A stretch of DNA of 64,000 nucleotides, from positions 128,058 to 192,057 of the forward strand of contig CAKPIA010000001.1 of NCBI GenBank assembly GCA_934162205.1. The letters are read 5' to 3'. Source of the stretch: an uncultured Clostridia bacterium. Its GTDB lineage: Bacteria > Bacillota > Clostridia > TANB77 > CAG-508. The translations under genes and the position numbers were made by a program. Positions 1-10,041 of the stretch are shown one piece after another; position 1 is the stretch's first letter; each line of letters opens with the position of its first letter. The notes below the pieces were generated by a model that worked only from the letters and a program-made list of their open reading frames with translations, was not told the DNA's origin and searched no databases.

Positions 1-645
1 AGTTTGCATACCTGGATCTGTATATTTTACTGCTTCTAATTTTGAGCCATTAATTTTAAATGCATCATATATTGCATTTGACATTGATAATATTTCATCT
101 TCACTTAAATTCAATCTTATTGTATCTGTAGAAAGTGCTCCACCTAAATCTGGTATTTCAACTTTTTTCTTTGATACTACTATATAATTTTGTCCAGATG
201 GTAAAGATAATCTTATATCAACATAATCTCCATCCTCTAAATTTATAGGTAAAACTATTGTATTATATTCTTGTATTCTTGTATCATTATTTATTTTATT
301 ATCTGATTCTGTAATTAAATCTGATGTTAATATAGTGTTAGCCTTTAAATCTATCTTTGCTACTACATCCTCGTCGCCAGATAAACTTACAGCATTACTT
401 GGTACAACATCACTTGATACTGTTTTTGATTTTAATAAAGATATATCAACTGTTTCACCTGATTTAACATCTTGACTTAATATATATACTTTTTTACTTG
501 ATGCTACTTCTTTTTGTTGTTCTTTCTTTATATTTAATAATTGCATAGCTAAAAATGCTATTATTAATCCTGTTATAACTAATGTTATTAACATTCCTAA
601 TAAAAATGAATTTCTTGATTTTCTTTGCATTGGATTTGTTGCCAT
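1..645 (-). CDS. SAF-domain membrane protein, CpaB/RcpC/FlgA-like. The 5' part is present (start ATG at 643-645) and the 3' end runs off the window.
   Basis: Minus-strand translation gives MATNPMQRKSRNSFLLGMLITLVITGLIIAFLA, an N-terminal TM anchor, followed by a SAF-like beta-rich domain. There is a strong RBS (GGGAGGAA) upstream. It is absent from the ORF track because it is truncated by the window edge. Confidence 0.5.
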   Translation of the reverse strand, partial: MATNPMQRKSRNSFLLGMLITLVITGLIIAFLAMQLLNIKKEQQKEVASSKKVYILSQDVKSGETVDISLLKSKTVSSDVVPSNAVSLSGDEDVVAKIDLKANTILTSDLITESDNKINNDTRIQEYNTIVLPINLEDGDYVDIRLSLPSGQNYIVVSKKKVEIPDLGGALSTDTIRLNLSEDEILSMSNAIYDAFKINGSKLEAVKYTDPGMQT

Positions 646-905
646 GACAAATTCCTCCCTTAAAATATATTTTATTTGACTTTTTTACAAAATATTTATC
701 TATTTTATTTTAACTCAAACTATTCTTAAAATCAATAAATATGCTATCTGTAATAAAAAATTAATACCTTTGTAACATTATTGTAATATTGCTTTTTTTG
801 GAAAATTTTTCTAGTTTATTTTTTGTACATTTTGCAAATTATATTATTAGAAAAAGCAATAGTTTTTTCTAGAAAATGTTATATATAGCAGGAGGTGAAA
901 AAACA

Positions 906-1103
906 ATGGCAAACACAAGTAACAAAAAATTAGTTCCAGAAGCTATGTCTGCATTAGACAAATTCAAATATGAAGTTGCTTCAGAAGTTGGTGTTAATTT
1001 AAAAGACGGATACAATGGTGACATTTCAGCTAAAGATGCTGGTAAAATAGGTGGACAAATGGTTAAAAAGATGATTGAACAAGCTGAAAGAAACATGAAA
1101 TAG
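906..1103 (+). CDS. sspA: Small acid-soluble spore protein, alpha/beta type.
   Basis: MANTSNKKLVPEAMSALDKFKYEVASEVGVNLKDGYNGDISAKDAGKIGGQMVKKMIEQAE matches the conserved alpha/beta SASP core. RBS is AGGAGGTG. Start chosen at the internal ATG at 906. Confidence 0.9.
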   Translation: MANTSNKKLVPEAMSALDKFKYEVASEVGVNLKDGYNGDISAKDAGKIGGQMVKKMIEQAERNMK

Positions 1104-1210
1104 TTTTTACTATTATAGTTTTATAGTTAATTTCTATTTATATTTTATTTAGATTTTAATTATTGGCAGAAAGTTAAATTTTGTTTTTATATATTTTTGT
1201 AAATACATAA

Positions 1211-1242
1211 AGGCAGGATTTGATTTCCTGCCTTTTTATTTT
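1211..1242 (+). terminator. Rho-independent terminator downstream of the SASP gene.
   Basis: Stem AGGCAGGA/TCCTGCCT followed by a T-tract. Confidence 0.6.
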
Positions 1243-1291
1243 GATAAATTTAGAAGTTATTAATATTATCTTTTATTTTATAAAAAACAAC

Positions 1292-1330
1292 TAATAATAC
1301 AAAAAGTACGAAAAATTAAATTCTTCGTAC
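1292..1330. terminator. Bidirectional hairpin terminator between sspA and hpf.
   Basis: AAAAGTACGAA...TTCGTACTTTT perfect stem flanked by A- and T-runs. Confidence 0.6.
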
Positions 1331-1340
1331 TTTTTGTATT

Positions 1341-1868
1341 TTATGCTTCTGGTTCTACTAAACCGTAATTTTTTCCATCTTTTAATTTATGTATTGCATT
1401 AACTTTACCAGTTTCAACATTTATAAATACTAAAAAGTTGTGTGTAGGTTTTTCTTGTAATTTTAATTTAGCATCTTCTGGTAACATTGGTTTTATTTCA
1501 TAATATGATGTTTTTATAATTTCATTTTCAATTTCTTTATTTTCATCATAAATTGTTTCCATTAATTTTAAAGATGAATCTTTCATCATTTTTTCTTTTA
1601 TTGTTTTTGTTTTCCTTATTTGTCCCTCAAGTATATCAATATCTTTATCTATAGAAGCATATAAATCTTTATCTTCTGTAACAGCTCTATATCTTTCTCC
1701 ATTAGCTACAATTGAAATTTCTGCTATTTGTTCTGTTTTTTCTGTTCTTAAAGTTACTTCTGCATCAGCTTTTTCAAAATATTTATCTATTCTGTCTAAC
1801 TTTTTCTCTACATAATCATTTATTGCTTCTGTTATCTTTAGTTCCTTTCCTGTTATTTTTATTTTCAT
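1341..1868 (-). CDS. hpf: Ribosome hibernation promoting factor, long form.
   Basis: MKIKITGKELKITEAINDYVEKKLDRIDKYF is the canonical HPF/RaiA N-terminus, followed by a C-terminal dimerisation domain. The ORF-track start is probably an N-terminal over-extension. RBS GAAGGGAGCG lies before MKIKIT. Confidence 0.85.
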   Translation of the reverse strand: MKIKITGKELKITEAINDYVEKKLDRIDKYFEKADAEVTLRTEKTEQIAEISIVANGERYRAVTEDKDLYASIDKDIDILEGQIRKTKTIKEKMMKDSSLKLMETIYDENKEIENEIIKTSYYEIKPMLPEDAKLKLQEKPTHNFLVFINVETGKVNAIHKLKDGKNYGLVEPEA

Positions 1869-1965
1869 AAAAATCGCTCCCTTCATCTTTTTTGTTTTTA
1901 TTTTTATGTTATATCTTTTATTATATATATAATATTTTTAAATTTCAACACTATTTTTGACTTTT

Positions 1966-2695
1966 TTAAAACAATTCTTCTAATTTATACTCTTTTTCTA
2001 GTTTTTCATTAAAATATATTTTTGAAATCAACTCTAATTCTTTTAAACTTTCATCTTTCAAATTAAAAGAATATACTTTTTTAGCAGGAGCTGTTAATAT
2101 AAATTTAATAGCATTTTCAGTACTTTCATTAATTTCTATTGCACTTTTATCTATTATTCCGCACTCATTACATTTAACTCCGTTATCCTTTATACTAAAA
2201 TAATGAATATTTTCATTATTACCACAATTAACACATTTATTAATTCTTGGCAAAAATCCTAATATTGAAAGCAACCTTAATTTAAAAATACTTAATACTA
2301 AATCTAAATCTTTATCTGTTTCTGAAATAACGTATAAAGTATTTAAAAACAATTGTAAAATTTTATAGCAATTCTGATTTTCTTCTGTTACATCTTTAAT
2401 TATCTTAGTTATATGCACAGCATATTTAAGTTTGTCCAAATCTGTTCTTATATTATAAAAAACTTCTATTGTTTCACACGAATTTATATTATATGTACTT
2501 GTCCCTTTATACATTAAGTATTCTCCAAAACATAAAAATTGTGTGCCAGCTAAAAGAGCACTTTTGGTTCTTCTTGCTCCTTTAGCCACACATGAAATTT
2601 TACCGATACCCTGGAGTAAGCATTGTCAGCATTTTATCGGAATCACCAAAATTATTCTCCGATATTATTATTCCATTTGTTTTTATATTTCCCAT
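1966..2695 (-). pseudogene. recO: DNA repair protein RecO interrupted by an apparent +1 frameshift. A single extra base lies near plus-strand 2603-2607.
   Basis: The downstream frame contains AKGARRTKS and a C-terminal CxxC..CxxC zinc finger (KCVNCG...KCNECG) typical of RecO. The N-terminal 31 codons (MGNIKTNGIIISENNFGDSDKMLTMLTPGYR, then a stop) are in another frame with a good RBS (AAAGGTGGA). Removing one C from ..GGGTATCGGTAAAATT.. restores LTPGYGKISCVAKGARR. Confidence 0.75.
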
Positions 2696-2860
2696 CTTGT
2701 TCCACCTTTTGTATATTTTCTTCTATATCTTTTATTTGCTTAAATTCTAAAAACGCATCTATATCTCCTGTTTTTTTAAAGGTATCCCATGCAATTTTTT
2801 TAATCATATTAATCACTCCCTTTAAATTTATCTTTTGTATTTTTTGTTAAAATATACATA

Positions 2861-3760
2861 TTATATTTTAAACTTATTTACTATATTATCATTATCTTGC
2901 CAATCTTCTTTTACTTTTACCCAAGTTTTTAAATTTACTTTTTTGCCAAAGTTTTTTTCCATATCTATTCTTGCCATTCTTCCTATTCTTTTTAGCATTT
3001 CTCCATTTTTGCCTATAATAATTCCTTTGTGAGAATTTCTTAAACAATATATTGTAGCTTCTATATCATATATTTCTTCACCGTTTTTGTTTTTTCTTAA
3101 TTTCATTTTTTCTACTTCTATATATATTCCATGTGGTACTTCTTGATCTAATACTTTCAAAGCTTTTTCTCTTATTGTTTCTTCTGCTAATTGCCTTAAT
3201 GTTTGATCTGTATATTCTTCTATATCATAATATGCAGGACCAACATTTAAGTGTTTTTCTATTTCATCTAAAATTATATTTCTATATTTATTATCTAACG
3301 CTGTTATTGGTATAACTGCTTCAAAATCATATTCTTTGCTATATAAATCTATTAGTTTTAATAATTTTTCTCTTTTTACTAAATCTATTTTATTTATTAT
3401 TAATATTGTTTTTTTATTAGCTTCTTTAATTTTTTCTAATATTCTTCTATCTCCTCTTCCTATTTCTTCACTCGTAGCTTCTATCAAAAACAATATAACA
3501 TCAGCATCTAACATCATCCCAAAAGAAGTTTCTATCATCGTTTCATTCAATTTTGTTTTTGGTTTATGTATTCCTGGAGTATCTATAAATATAATTTGAG
3601 AGTTTTCTCTATTTACAATTCCCCTTATTGCTGTTCTTGTAGTTTGAACTTTATTTGCTATTGCAGCTACTTTTTCTCCTACTAATAAATTTATTAATGT
3701 TGACTTTCCAACATTTGTTCTTCCTATTAATGATACAAATCCTGATTTAAATTCTTCCAT
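2861..3760 (-). CDS. era: GTPase Era.
   Basis: G1 motif GRTNVGKST, DTPG, NKID, and a C-terminal KH domain. Length is 299 aa. Confidence 0.95.
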   Translation of the reverse strand: MEEFKSGFVSLIGRTNVGKSTLINLLVGEKVAAIANKVQTTRTAIRGIVNRENSQIIFIDTPGIHKPKTKLNETMIETSFGMMLDADVILFLIEATSEEIGRGDRRILEKIKEANKKTILIINKIDLVKREKLLKLIDLYSKEYDFEAVIPITALDNKYRNIILDEIEKHLNVGPAYYDIEEYTDQTLRQLAEETIREKALKVLDQEVPHGIYIEVEKMKLRKNKNGEEIYDIEATIYCLRNSHKGIIIGKNGEMLKRIGRMARIDMEKNFGKKVNLKTWVKVKEDWQDNDNIVNKFKI

Positions 3761-3920
3761 TTATCTTCTCCATTTTCTTTTTCGTTTTTTATATTATACA
3801 CTATTTTTTTGCTAAATTTGTAGAATTTAAGAATTTTTTTAAATTTTCTTATTTTTTTATTAATATATTTTTTGTAATATAAAAGAAGCTTCTAAAATTA
3901 TTTAGAAACTTCAATGGTTT

Positions 3921-4244
3921 TTAAGGTTTATATGTTATTTTTGCATTTATAACTCCGTTTATTCTACAATACTCTACTTCTAAGCCATTTTCCACCAAAA
4001 GTGGTATCATTTTTTCAAATGTTTCTATTCTATACTTTTCACTAAATGTTCTTGTAACATCTTTTTCCTTAATAGAACTTTTTTGATAAAATATATTTTT
4101 CGAAATATCAGAAAAAATTTTAATAGCCACTCCTTTAGCCAACTCTTCTGTATCAAATTCTAGAAAAATATCTTCTATTTCCTCATACATTTTTTCTATT
4201 TCTACTTTTTTTATTTTGTTGTCTAATTTTTCCCGTAAAGTCAT
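3921..4244 (-). CDS. Hypothetical protein of about 107 aa. The start is uncertain. The ORF-track N-terminal extension is probably not translated.
   Basis: The ORF lies between era and the DUF3048 gene. No recognisable motif. Internal M (MTLREK) is preceded by AAAGGA. Confidence 0.4.
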   Translation of the reverse strand: MTLREKLDNKIKKVEIEKMYEEIEDIFLEFDTEELAKGVAIKIFSDISKNIFYQKSSIKEKDVTRTFSEKYRIETFEKMIPLLVENGLEVEYCRINGVINAKITYKP

Positions 4245-4382
4245 AAACCCACATCCTTTCTTATAAGATATAAAAACCATTTTTACAACATTTTGCAATA
4301 GCTTTATTATTTCATATTTTAAACTATAAATCAATAAAAAAAGTAGAAGATAATTAAAAATCATCCTCTACTTTTCTACAAT

Positions 4383-5444
4383 TTATTCAAATGTTACATT
4401 TGCATCTTTTGGACATATATTTACCCAAGTATTTCCATCATTAACTTCAAGTTCTTTTCCATTTTCATCTTTATAAACTGTCTTTTTATTTCTATCTGAT
4501 TTTGTACATGTTATTTTTATTGCTTTTCCATTAGTTATATAATAGCCATTATATGTACCAATATTATTTAATCCTTGTCTTCCTTTTCCAGATCCATCAT
4601 TTAAATCATAATTTTCTATAAATTCAATTATTATATTTTTTGTTGTTACAGTCTCTCCTGTTTCCCAATCTGTTTGAACTCTATTTCTTGCATATCTTTT
4701 ATATCTTTGTGTTTGTTCATCATATTTATATTCTACAGTTTGTAAATTAGAATGTGGTATTGTAACAGATTTTGCACTTGTTCCATTTGTTAATTCTACT
4801 TCATTTGTTACATATTTTAATACACTTGCAGAATTTGATGTTGTTCTATATCCTTTATTTTCTGCAATTTTATAAATACTATTTATGTCTGTTGCTACAT
4901 TATGTGGTGCTTTTTTATCAGATACTCTCCTAAATGCACTAGCACTTTCTTGTATTCCATTTATATTATTAACACCTAATTTTGTAATATCTTTCTTTCC
5001 TTGTGGGCTCCATCCATAATGTGTATATATTGCATCATTTTCTAAAGCATAATCTAAGAAATAATGTCTACAACTTCTTACTGGACCTATTTTTTGTGCA
5101 TCTGCACCTTTAAATAGTGCCATTAATCTAGTTTCTCCACCTTCAACAATTATTTCGTATACCATATATGTTTTGTTAAGTCCACCTTGTGGCCATGCTC
5201 CACTATGGTTATCTATCATTACAGCAACTGGTCTTTCTGTTCCACTATATATTTTTATTCCTTCATTTCTTTCTTCTTTTTCTTCTTCTACAATTTGTGG
5301 TTCTGTGGTATTTTCTGGTTCTTGTCCATTCTTTTTATTGTTTGATATTTTTACTGCTAAAATAATTCCTGCTACCAAAATTATAATTGCTAAAACTGCT
5401 ATCAAAATTTTTGTTTTATTTTTTACAAAAAACTCCTTATTCAT
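4383..5444 (-). CDS. DUF3048 (YerB-like) membrane-anchored/lipoprotein.
   Basis: N-terminal TM helix, then MIDNHSGAWPQGGL...RLMALF...PVRSCRHYFLDYA, which is characteristic of the YerB/DUF3048 family. Confidence 0.7.
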   Translation of the reverse strand: MNKEFFVKNKTKILIAVLAIIILVAGIILAVKISNNKKNGQEPENTTEPQIVEEEKEERNEGIKIYSGTERPVAVMIDNHSGAWPQGGLNKTYMVYEIIVEGGETRLMALFKGADAQKIGPVRSCRHYFLDYALENDAIYTHYGWSPQGKKDITKLGVNNINGIQESASAFRRVSDKKAPHNVATDINSIYKIAENKGYRTTSNSASVLKYVTNEVELTNGTSAKSVTIPHSNLQTVEYKYDEQTQRYKRYARNRVQTDWETGETVTTKNIIIEFIENYDLNDGSGKGRQGLNNIGTYNGYYITNGKAIKITCTKSDRNKKTVYKDENGKELEVNDGNTWVNICPKDANVTFE

Positions 5445-5449
5445 AAATA

Positions 5450-5923
5450 TTACCCCCTTTTAATATTTAGTTTATTTAAAACATTCTCTTCTTTTGGTCT
5501 CATTACTTGCTTGTCCTCTTCCTTAATATGATCATATCCCATAAGATGATAGAAACCATGAACTAACATATATGAAAATTCTCTTTCAAAACTATGTCCA
5601 TATTCTTCCGCTTGTTCTTCAACTCTTTTTATTGAGATAACAATATCTCCCAAAACATCTTCATGTTTAAAATCTTTATTTTTTATCATTTCATCTAATT
5701 CTTTTTTTTCAAACATTGGAAAAGAAAGTACGTCTGTTTCTCTATCTATATTTCTAAATTCATTATTTATTTTTCTAATGTTTTCTGGATTTGTTAAAGT
5801 TATACTTATATATAATTTAGAGTCAAGTAATCCTTCTTCTTTAAAACATTGTTCTATTACTTTTTTTATTATTTTTTCATACTCTTTATTTTCTTCAATA
5901 TCTTTATATTCTAATTGGTACAT
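5450..5923 (-). CDS. ybeY: rRNA maturation RNase YbeY.
   Basis: HGFYHLMGYDH zinc-binding motif. Length is 157 aa. Confidence 0.9.
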   Translation of the reverse strand: MYQLEYKDIEENKEYEKIIKKVIEQCFKEEGLLDSKLYISITLTNPENIRKINNEFRNIDRETDVLSFPMFEKKELDEMIKNKDFKHEDVLGDIVISIKRVEEQAEEYGHSFEREFSYMLVHGFYHLMGYDHIKEEDKQVMRPKEENVLNKLNIKRG

Positions 5924-5925
5924 TT

Positions 5926-7137
5926 TTATTTCCTTACTAATTTTTTATTATTTATATATTTTCCTTCTGATTTAAAACCTTTTAATTCCTTCATTGCTTC
6001 ATAATCCACTAATTTTCTTTTGTAATATTTTATAATTCTTGTGTAATCTATTTTTTCATCATGTAATTTTTTCATATCATTTTTCATGAATAATATTTCT
6101 TTTTGTTTTACATATTCTATAAAATCTTCATCTTTTATTTTTTCATTATCTTTATATTGCTTCCAAAATTTTTTAAACTCTTCTTTTTCCTCTTCTTTTT
6201 CCCAATAAACTTTTGTTGATACTAACTTTAAATTATATTCTTCTATTAATTTTATAAGTGTTGCATAAGCCTTTTCTCTTTTAACTGCAATCTTTGTATC
6301 TTGCACTAAATTTCTTGCATCTCTAAGTAATTTTAAATAACATTGTTCTGTTACAACTAATGGTAAACTGTGTGTAAATAATTTTCTACTTAATGCTAAT
6401 AAAATCATGTTTTTTTCTATTGTGTCTTTTGTATCTAGTTTTCCTACTTCATAACTTTCATATTTTTCATATTCATTTAATACATCTTGTGAAAATTCTT
6501 GGGTATTTTCTTTTATTTTTAATGATAATATTTTTTCTATGTATTCTTCTAGTGTATAAAAGATTTTAGTATATATCCATTCCTTTGAAGAATCATACAC
6601 ATTAGTTGTATCTGCTAATTTTATTGAATAATTTTTTAATATTCCTTTATATAACATATCCATTTTTGAAACATAAAATTGAATATATTTTTCTACTGCT
6701 TTATCTTTATGAGATTCTTTTAATCCTTCAAAATCTAATTCTATTAAATATTTTTGTTTTCTATATTTGTATTCTACATATTCCGGTTCTTTTAATCTTG
6801 TTATTTCATAATATTGTGATAATGCTTTTTTTTCAAATTCTGAAGCACTATTATTTTTTACTTTTTTATATATTGAATCTAATACATATTTATCTAATGC
6901 TTCTAAATATGCTGTATATGTTTGATCGTATTTTTCTTCTAAGCTTTCTTTTTTGTTATTTTCTAATTCATGATTATTAAAGTTTTCAAATGATTTTAAT
7001 AACGCATTTCTTTTTACTGTAATTAACATTCCATTTATTCCAATTTTAGTAGGTATCAATATTTTAGTAATTGTATTTGATATCCTATTAAAAAACGTTT
7101 TATCTGCTCCAGTAATTTTTAAACTTCTTTCCTCCAT
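5926..7137 (-). CDS. Hypothetical Lys/Glu-rich protein of 403 aa.
   Basis: Long ORF with an RBS, and no recognisable catalytic motif. It occupies the position between yqfD and ybeY where phoH/yqfF usually sit. Confidence 0.5.
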   Translation of the reverse strand: MEERSLKITGADKTFFNRISNTITKILIPTKIGINGMLITVKRNALLKSFENFNNHELENNKKESLEEKYDQTYTAYLEALDKYVLDSIYKKVKNNSASEFEKKALSQYYEITRLKEPEYVEYKYRKQKYLIELDFEGLKESHKDKAVEKYIQFYVSKMDMLYKGILKNYSIKLADTTNVYDSSKEWIYTKIFYTLEEYIEKILSLKIKENTQEFSQDVLNEYEKYESYEVGKLDTKDTIEKNMILLALSRKLFTHSLPLVVTEQCYLKLLRDARNLVQDTKIAVKREKAYATLIKLIEEYNLKLVSTKVYWEKEEEKEEFKKFWKQYKDNEKIKDEDFIEYVKQKEILFMKNDMKKLHDEKIDYTRIIKYYKRKLVDYEAMKELKGFKSEGKYINNKKLVRK

Positions 7138-7234
7138 AAAATCATCCTCTCAAAATACTATTTTTTCATTAGTCCCTATATTTTCAAGCACTTCGTATGT
7201 AACATATACTTCTACATATTCTTCATTTTGATAT

Positions 7235-8335
7235 TTATTTACATTCTTTCCGAAGTATTTTGCTTTTGTCTTCTATTTCTTGTTCAATTTCCTTTTGTAA
7301 CTCTTCTATCCCTATGTTTGTAGCCTCATCAACATCATATACTATATTAGTCTTTTCTTTTTCTTTATATGTCAATTTTGTTACAGAAATAGGTAAATAT
7401 AAATTTGAAAATATTTTAAACTTTTTTTCTGCGTTTATTGTATCATAAAATTCAAATTTTGAAACCCTTTTATTAAAATTTATTTCAAAATTATTAATCT
7501 TAACTCCATACTTATTCTCTTCATTTCCTGTGTCCGTAAGCTTTTCTTGATTGTAATATATTTTTTCTGATTTTGTATGCCAAACTTTTGCCTCAATGTT
7601 TCCAATACTGTGTACATATCTTGTACCCGTGTACTTTCCTTCCATTGTACCAGATATTAATACATCACCTTCTTTTACTGTATCTCCAACATTTACCATA
7701 GCTGTTCCTTTTTGTGCATTTATTTTGGTTATAACGCCTGTTTTGTTTGATACAATGTTGCAATATTCATTTGAATCTATTATATCTGGTTTTTCTTCTG
7801 TTTTTACAACTTTAACAATTACATTTGTACCTTTTAGTTCTATCCCTATCCATGCAATATCTTGTCTTTTTAGTCTTATATTATTTATTATATCTTTAGA
7901 ATTTACTTTTGATTTTAATGTTCCTATTTTCAATCCCGCTTCTTGCAAATCCTGTTCTATATTTATAAGTTCTTTACCATCTTCTTCTTTAATTTCAACA
8001 TTCCATATATAATTAGAACTTAATACTATTAATAATGAAATTATTATTAAAAATAGTCCAAAAATTTTTCTTTTTTTGTATCTATTTAAGACAAATGGCA
8101 ATCCACTTTTCTTTTTTATTTTTATTTTACATTTTGTTTTTCTTGCCACATCTGATAACTGTTTAAAATCTTTTATTCCTATATTTAAATATAGTTTTAC
8201 ATTTTTATCTCTTTTTAAATTCCATATTAATAGTTTTTTATTTGTACATATATTTATAAATCTTTCTATATAATAACCTTCTACACTAATCCTTAAATAT
8301 CCAATTATATAACTAAAAATTATCTTTATAAACAT
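7235..8335 (-). CDS. yqfD: Sporulation protein YqfD.
   Basis: Length about 366 aa, a central TM segment, immediately downstream of yqfC. The conserved yqfC-yqfD pair. Confidence 0.75.
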   Translation of the reverse strand: MFIKIIFSYIIGYLRISVEGYYIERFINICTNKKLLIWNLKRDKNVKLYLNIGIKDFKQLSDVARKTKCKIKIKKKSGLPFVLNRYKKRKIFGLFLIIISLLIVLSSNYIWNVEIKEEDGKELINIEQDLQEAGLKIGTLKSKVNSKDIINNIRLKRQDIAWIGIELKGTNVIVKVVKTEEKPDIIDSNEYCNIVSNKTGVITKINAQKGTAMVNVGDTVKEGDVLISGTMEGKYTGTRYVHSIGNIEAKVWHTKSEKIYYNQEKLTDTGNEENKYGVKINNFEINFNKRVSKFEFYDTINAEKKFKIFSNLYLPISVTKLTYKEKEKTNIVYDVDEATNIGIEELQKEIEQEIEDKSKILRKECK

Positions 8336-8345
8336 TTATTCACCT

Positions 8346-8624
8346 TTATCCTTCTGTTTTTTCTATTTCCATACTATCTATATCTCCAATAATTTTTATA
8401 TCATCACCAGTCATTTGTTCTAACTTTAAATTAAATCCATTTATATTAACAATTCCTATATAAGTATTTACTTTTACATAGTATTCTTCATATTCCAAAA
8501 TTCCTTTATAATTTTCTATTAACATTTCATTAAAACCTACTATTGTTATTTTAGGTTCATTTGTATAGATTTCTTTGGGCATTTCTAAAATACTATCTAT
8601 TTTTCTAAAATTATTCTTCTTCAT
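8346..8624 (-). CDS. yqfC: Sporulation protein YqfC.
   Basis: 92-aa protein with a YqfC-like sequence (ITIVGFNEMLIENYKGILEYEEYYVKV) directly upstream of yqfD. Confidence 0.75.
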   Translation of the reverse strand: MKKNNFRKIDSILEMPKEIYTNEPKITIVGFNEMLIENYKGILEYEEYYVKVNTYIGIVNINGFNLKLEQMTGDDIKIIGDIDSMEIEKTEG

Positions 8625-8639
8625 TATTCCTCCTATGTT

Positions 8640-9461
8640 TTACTCAAACTCGTCTAAACTTTTAATTTCATATCCTTTATTTTTTATTTCTTTTATAATA
8701 CTATCTAATATATTTGTATTCGTTTTTGAATTTCCATGTAATAACATTATCTCGCCATTGTGTAAATTTGATATTACCATCTCTTTTGCTTTTGCTTCAT
8801 CTGGTTGATTTTTTTCATCCCAATCTTTATATGCAAAACTCCACATTACAGTTTTATATCCTAATGATTTTGTTATATTTAAAGTTCTTTCACTATATTC
8901 TCCCATAGGTGGTCTTATATATTTCATTTCATATGCAAATTTTTCATATATTGATTGATGTAATTTCATTACTTCTGTATTAACTTGTTCATCACTTAAT
9001 GATGGCATACTTTTGTGATTTACTGTATGATTTCCTACTATATGTCCTTCTTCTAACATTTGTTTTACCAATTGTTCTTGTGTGTTTAAATAATGTGCAG
9101 TTATAAAAAATGTAGCTTTTACATCATTTTGTTTTAATACTTCTAATATTTTGCTTGTATACCCTGCTTCATATCCTTCATCAAATGTTAAATATATAAC
9201 TTTTTTCTCTTTATTTCCTAAACATATACCATTATTTTGTTCTAATACACTTTGATTCTTTTTTCCAACATCAGGTTGTTCATTATTATTATTTCTTTTT
9301 ATTCCCCATCCTATCTTTTGATTACTTAATGCATTTGAATTTGTAACAGCTGTATTTTTTCCTTCTGTATTACTTAAATAAATAGTACAAATAGAAAACA
9401 TTGCTATTATTAAAATAGAAAATATAACTTTATATAATGAATTTTTTTTATTTTTATACAT
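8640..9461 (-). CDS. Polysaccharide deacetylase (NodB domain), probably sporulation-associated.
   Basis: TFDEGY...GNHTVNHKSM NodB motifs and an N-terminal signal/TM segment. Confidence 0.8.
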   Translation of the reverse strand: MYKNKKNSLYKVIFSILIIAMFSICTIYLSNTEGKNTAVTNSNALSNQKIGWGIKRNNNNEQPDVGKKNQSVLEQNNGICLGNKEKKVIYLTFDEGYEAGYTSKILEVLKQNDVKATFFITAHYLNTQEQLVKQMLEEGHIVGNHTVNHKSMPSLSDEQVNTEVMKLHQSIYEKFAYEMKYIRPPMGEYSERTLNITKSLGYKTVMWSFAYKDWDEKNQPDEAKAKEMVISNLHNGEIMLLHGNSKTNTNILDSIIKEIKNKGYEIKSLDEFE

Positions 9462-9529
9462 AACGTTCTCCTTATATCTTTTTTATAAATTTTATGTTTT
9501 ACTTTTTAGATTATTACTTTACCAAAAAA

Positions 9530-9562
9530 AATAAAGCCTAAATTTTTTTCTTAGGCTTTATC
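9530..9562 (-). terminator. Rho-independent terminator downstream of the nucleotidyltransferase gene.
   Basis: AAAGCCTAA..TTAGGCTTT stem with flanking A/T runs. Confidence 0.55.
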
Positions 9563-9570
9563 AAATTATT

Positions 9571-10038
9571 TTATAGTGTTTTTATATCACTATATACATC
9601 TTTATTTATAAACATTTTATATTTTTCTATATTTTTTCTAATATTTGTAGCAGAAATATTATATAATTTTCTCTCTGGATCTACCAATACATTTTCTATT
9701 TTAAGATAATCAGCAACACATTTTCCATATGGTTCACTGCTATAAAAATAATTAACATTTTTATCTTTTATTATTTCATATAAATATTCCATTTGAATTT
9801 TAACACTTTTTTCATCTAATCCATACTGCTTTGGACTATTATATGCTTCTAATATTTTTATATTAGGAAAATCATTCTTTATCCACTTTATTTTTTTATT
9901 TATATCAATATATTCTGGTGTGTCATATACAACCACATAAAAATCGTCCATGTCTTTTAATGCTGTGGCTATTAAATATTTGTGTCCTATATGATATGGT
10001 GAAAACTTTCCTATTGTAAATCCAATTTTTTTATTCAT
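9571..10038 (-). CDS. HxGH-motif nucleotidyltransferase (cytidylyl/adenylyl-transferase-like, NMNAT-like).
   Basis: GKFSPYHIGHKYLI is the (T/H)xGH signature of the nucleotidyltransferase superfamily. Length is 155 aa. Confidence 0.6.
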   Translation of the reverse strand: MNKKIGFTIGKFSPYHIGHKYLIATALKDMDDFYVVVYDTPEYIDINKKIKWIKNDFPNIKILEAYNSPKQYGLDEKSVKIQMEYLYEIIKDKNVNYFYSSEPYGKCVADYLKIENVLVDPERKLYNISATNIRKNIEKYKMFINKDVYSDIKTL

Positions 10039-10041
10039 ATT

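Noticed and set aside
2543-2850. Plus-strand ORFs 2543-2743 and 2623-2850 overlapping recO and its upstream region.
   Set aside because: Low-complexity, Leu/Phe/Ile-rich translations antisense to a well-supported gene. This is typical AT-rich antisense noise.
6606-6980. ORFs antisense to long genes: 6606-6980, 7596-8012, 36084-36323, 36408-36623, 41031-41315, 47058-47609, 56369-57034, 60797-61249, 63216-63428.
   Set aside because: They lie entirely within, and opposite to, genes with strong homology support. Their hydrophobic low-complexity products have no RBS.
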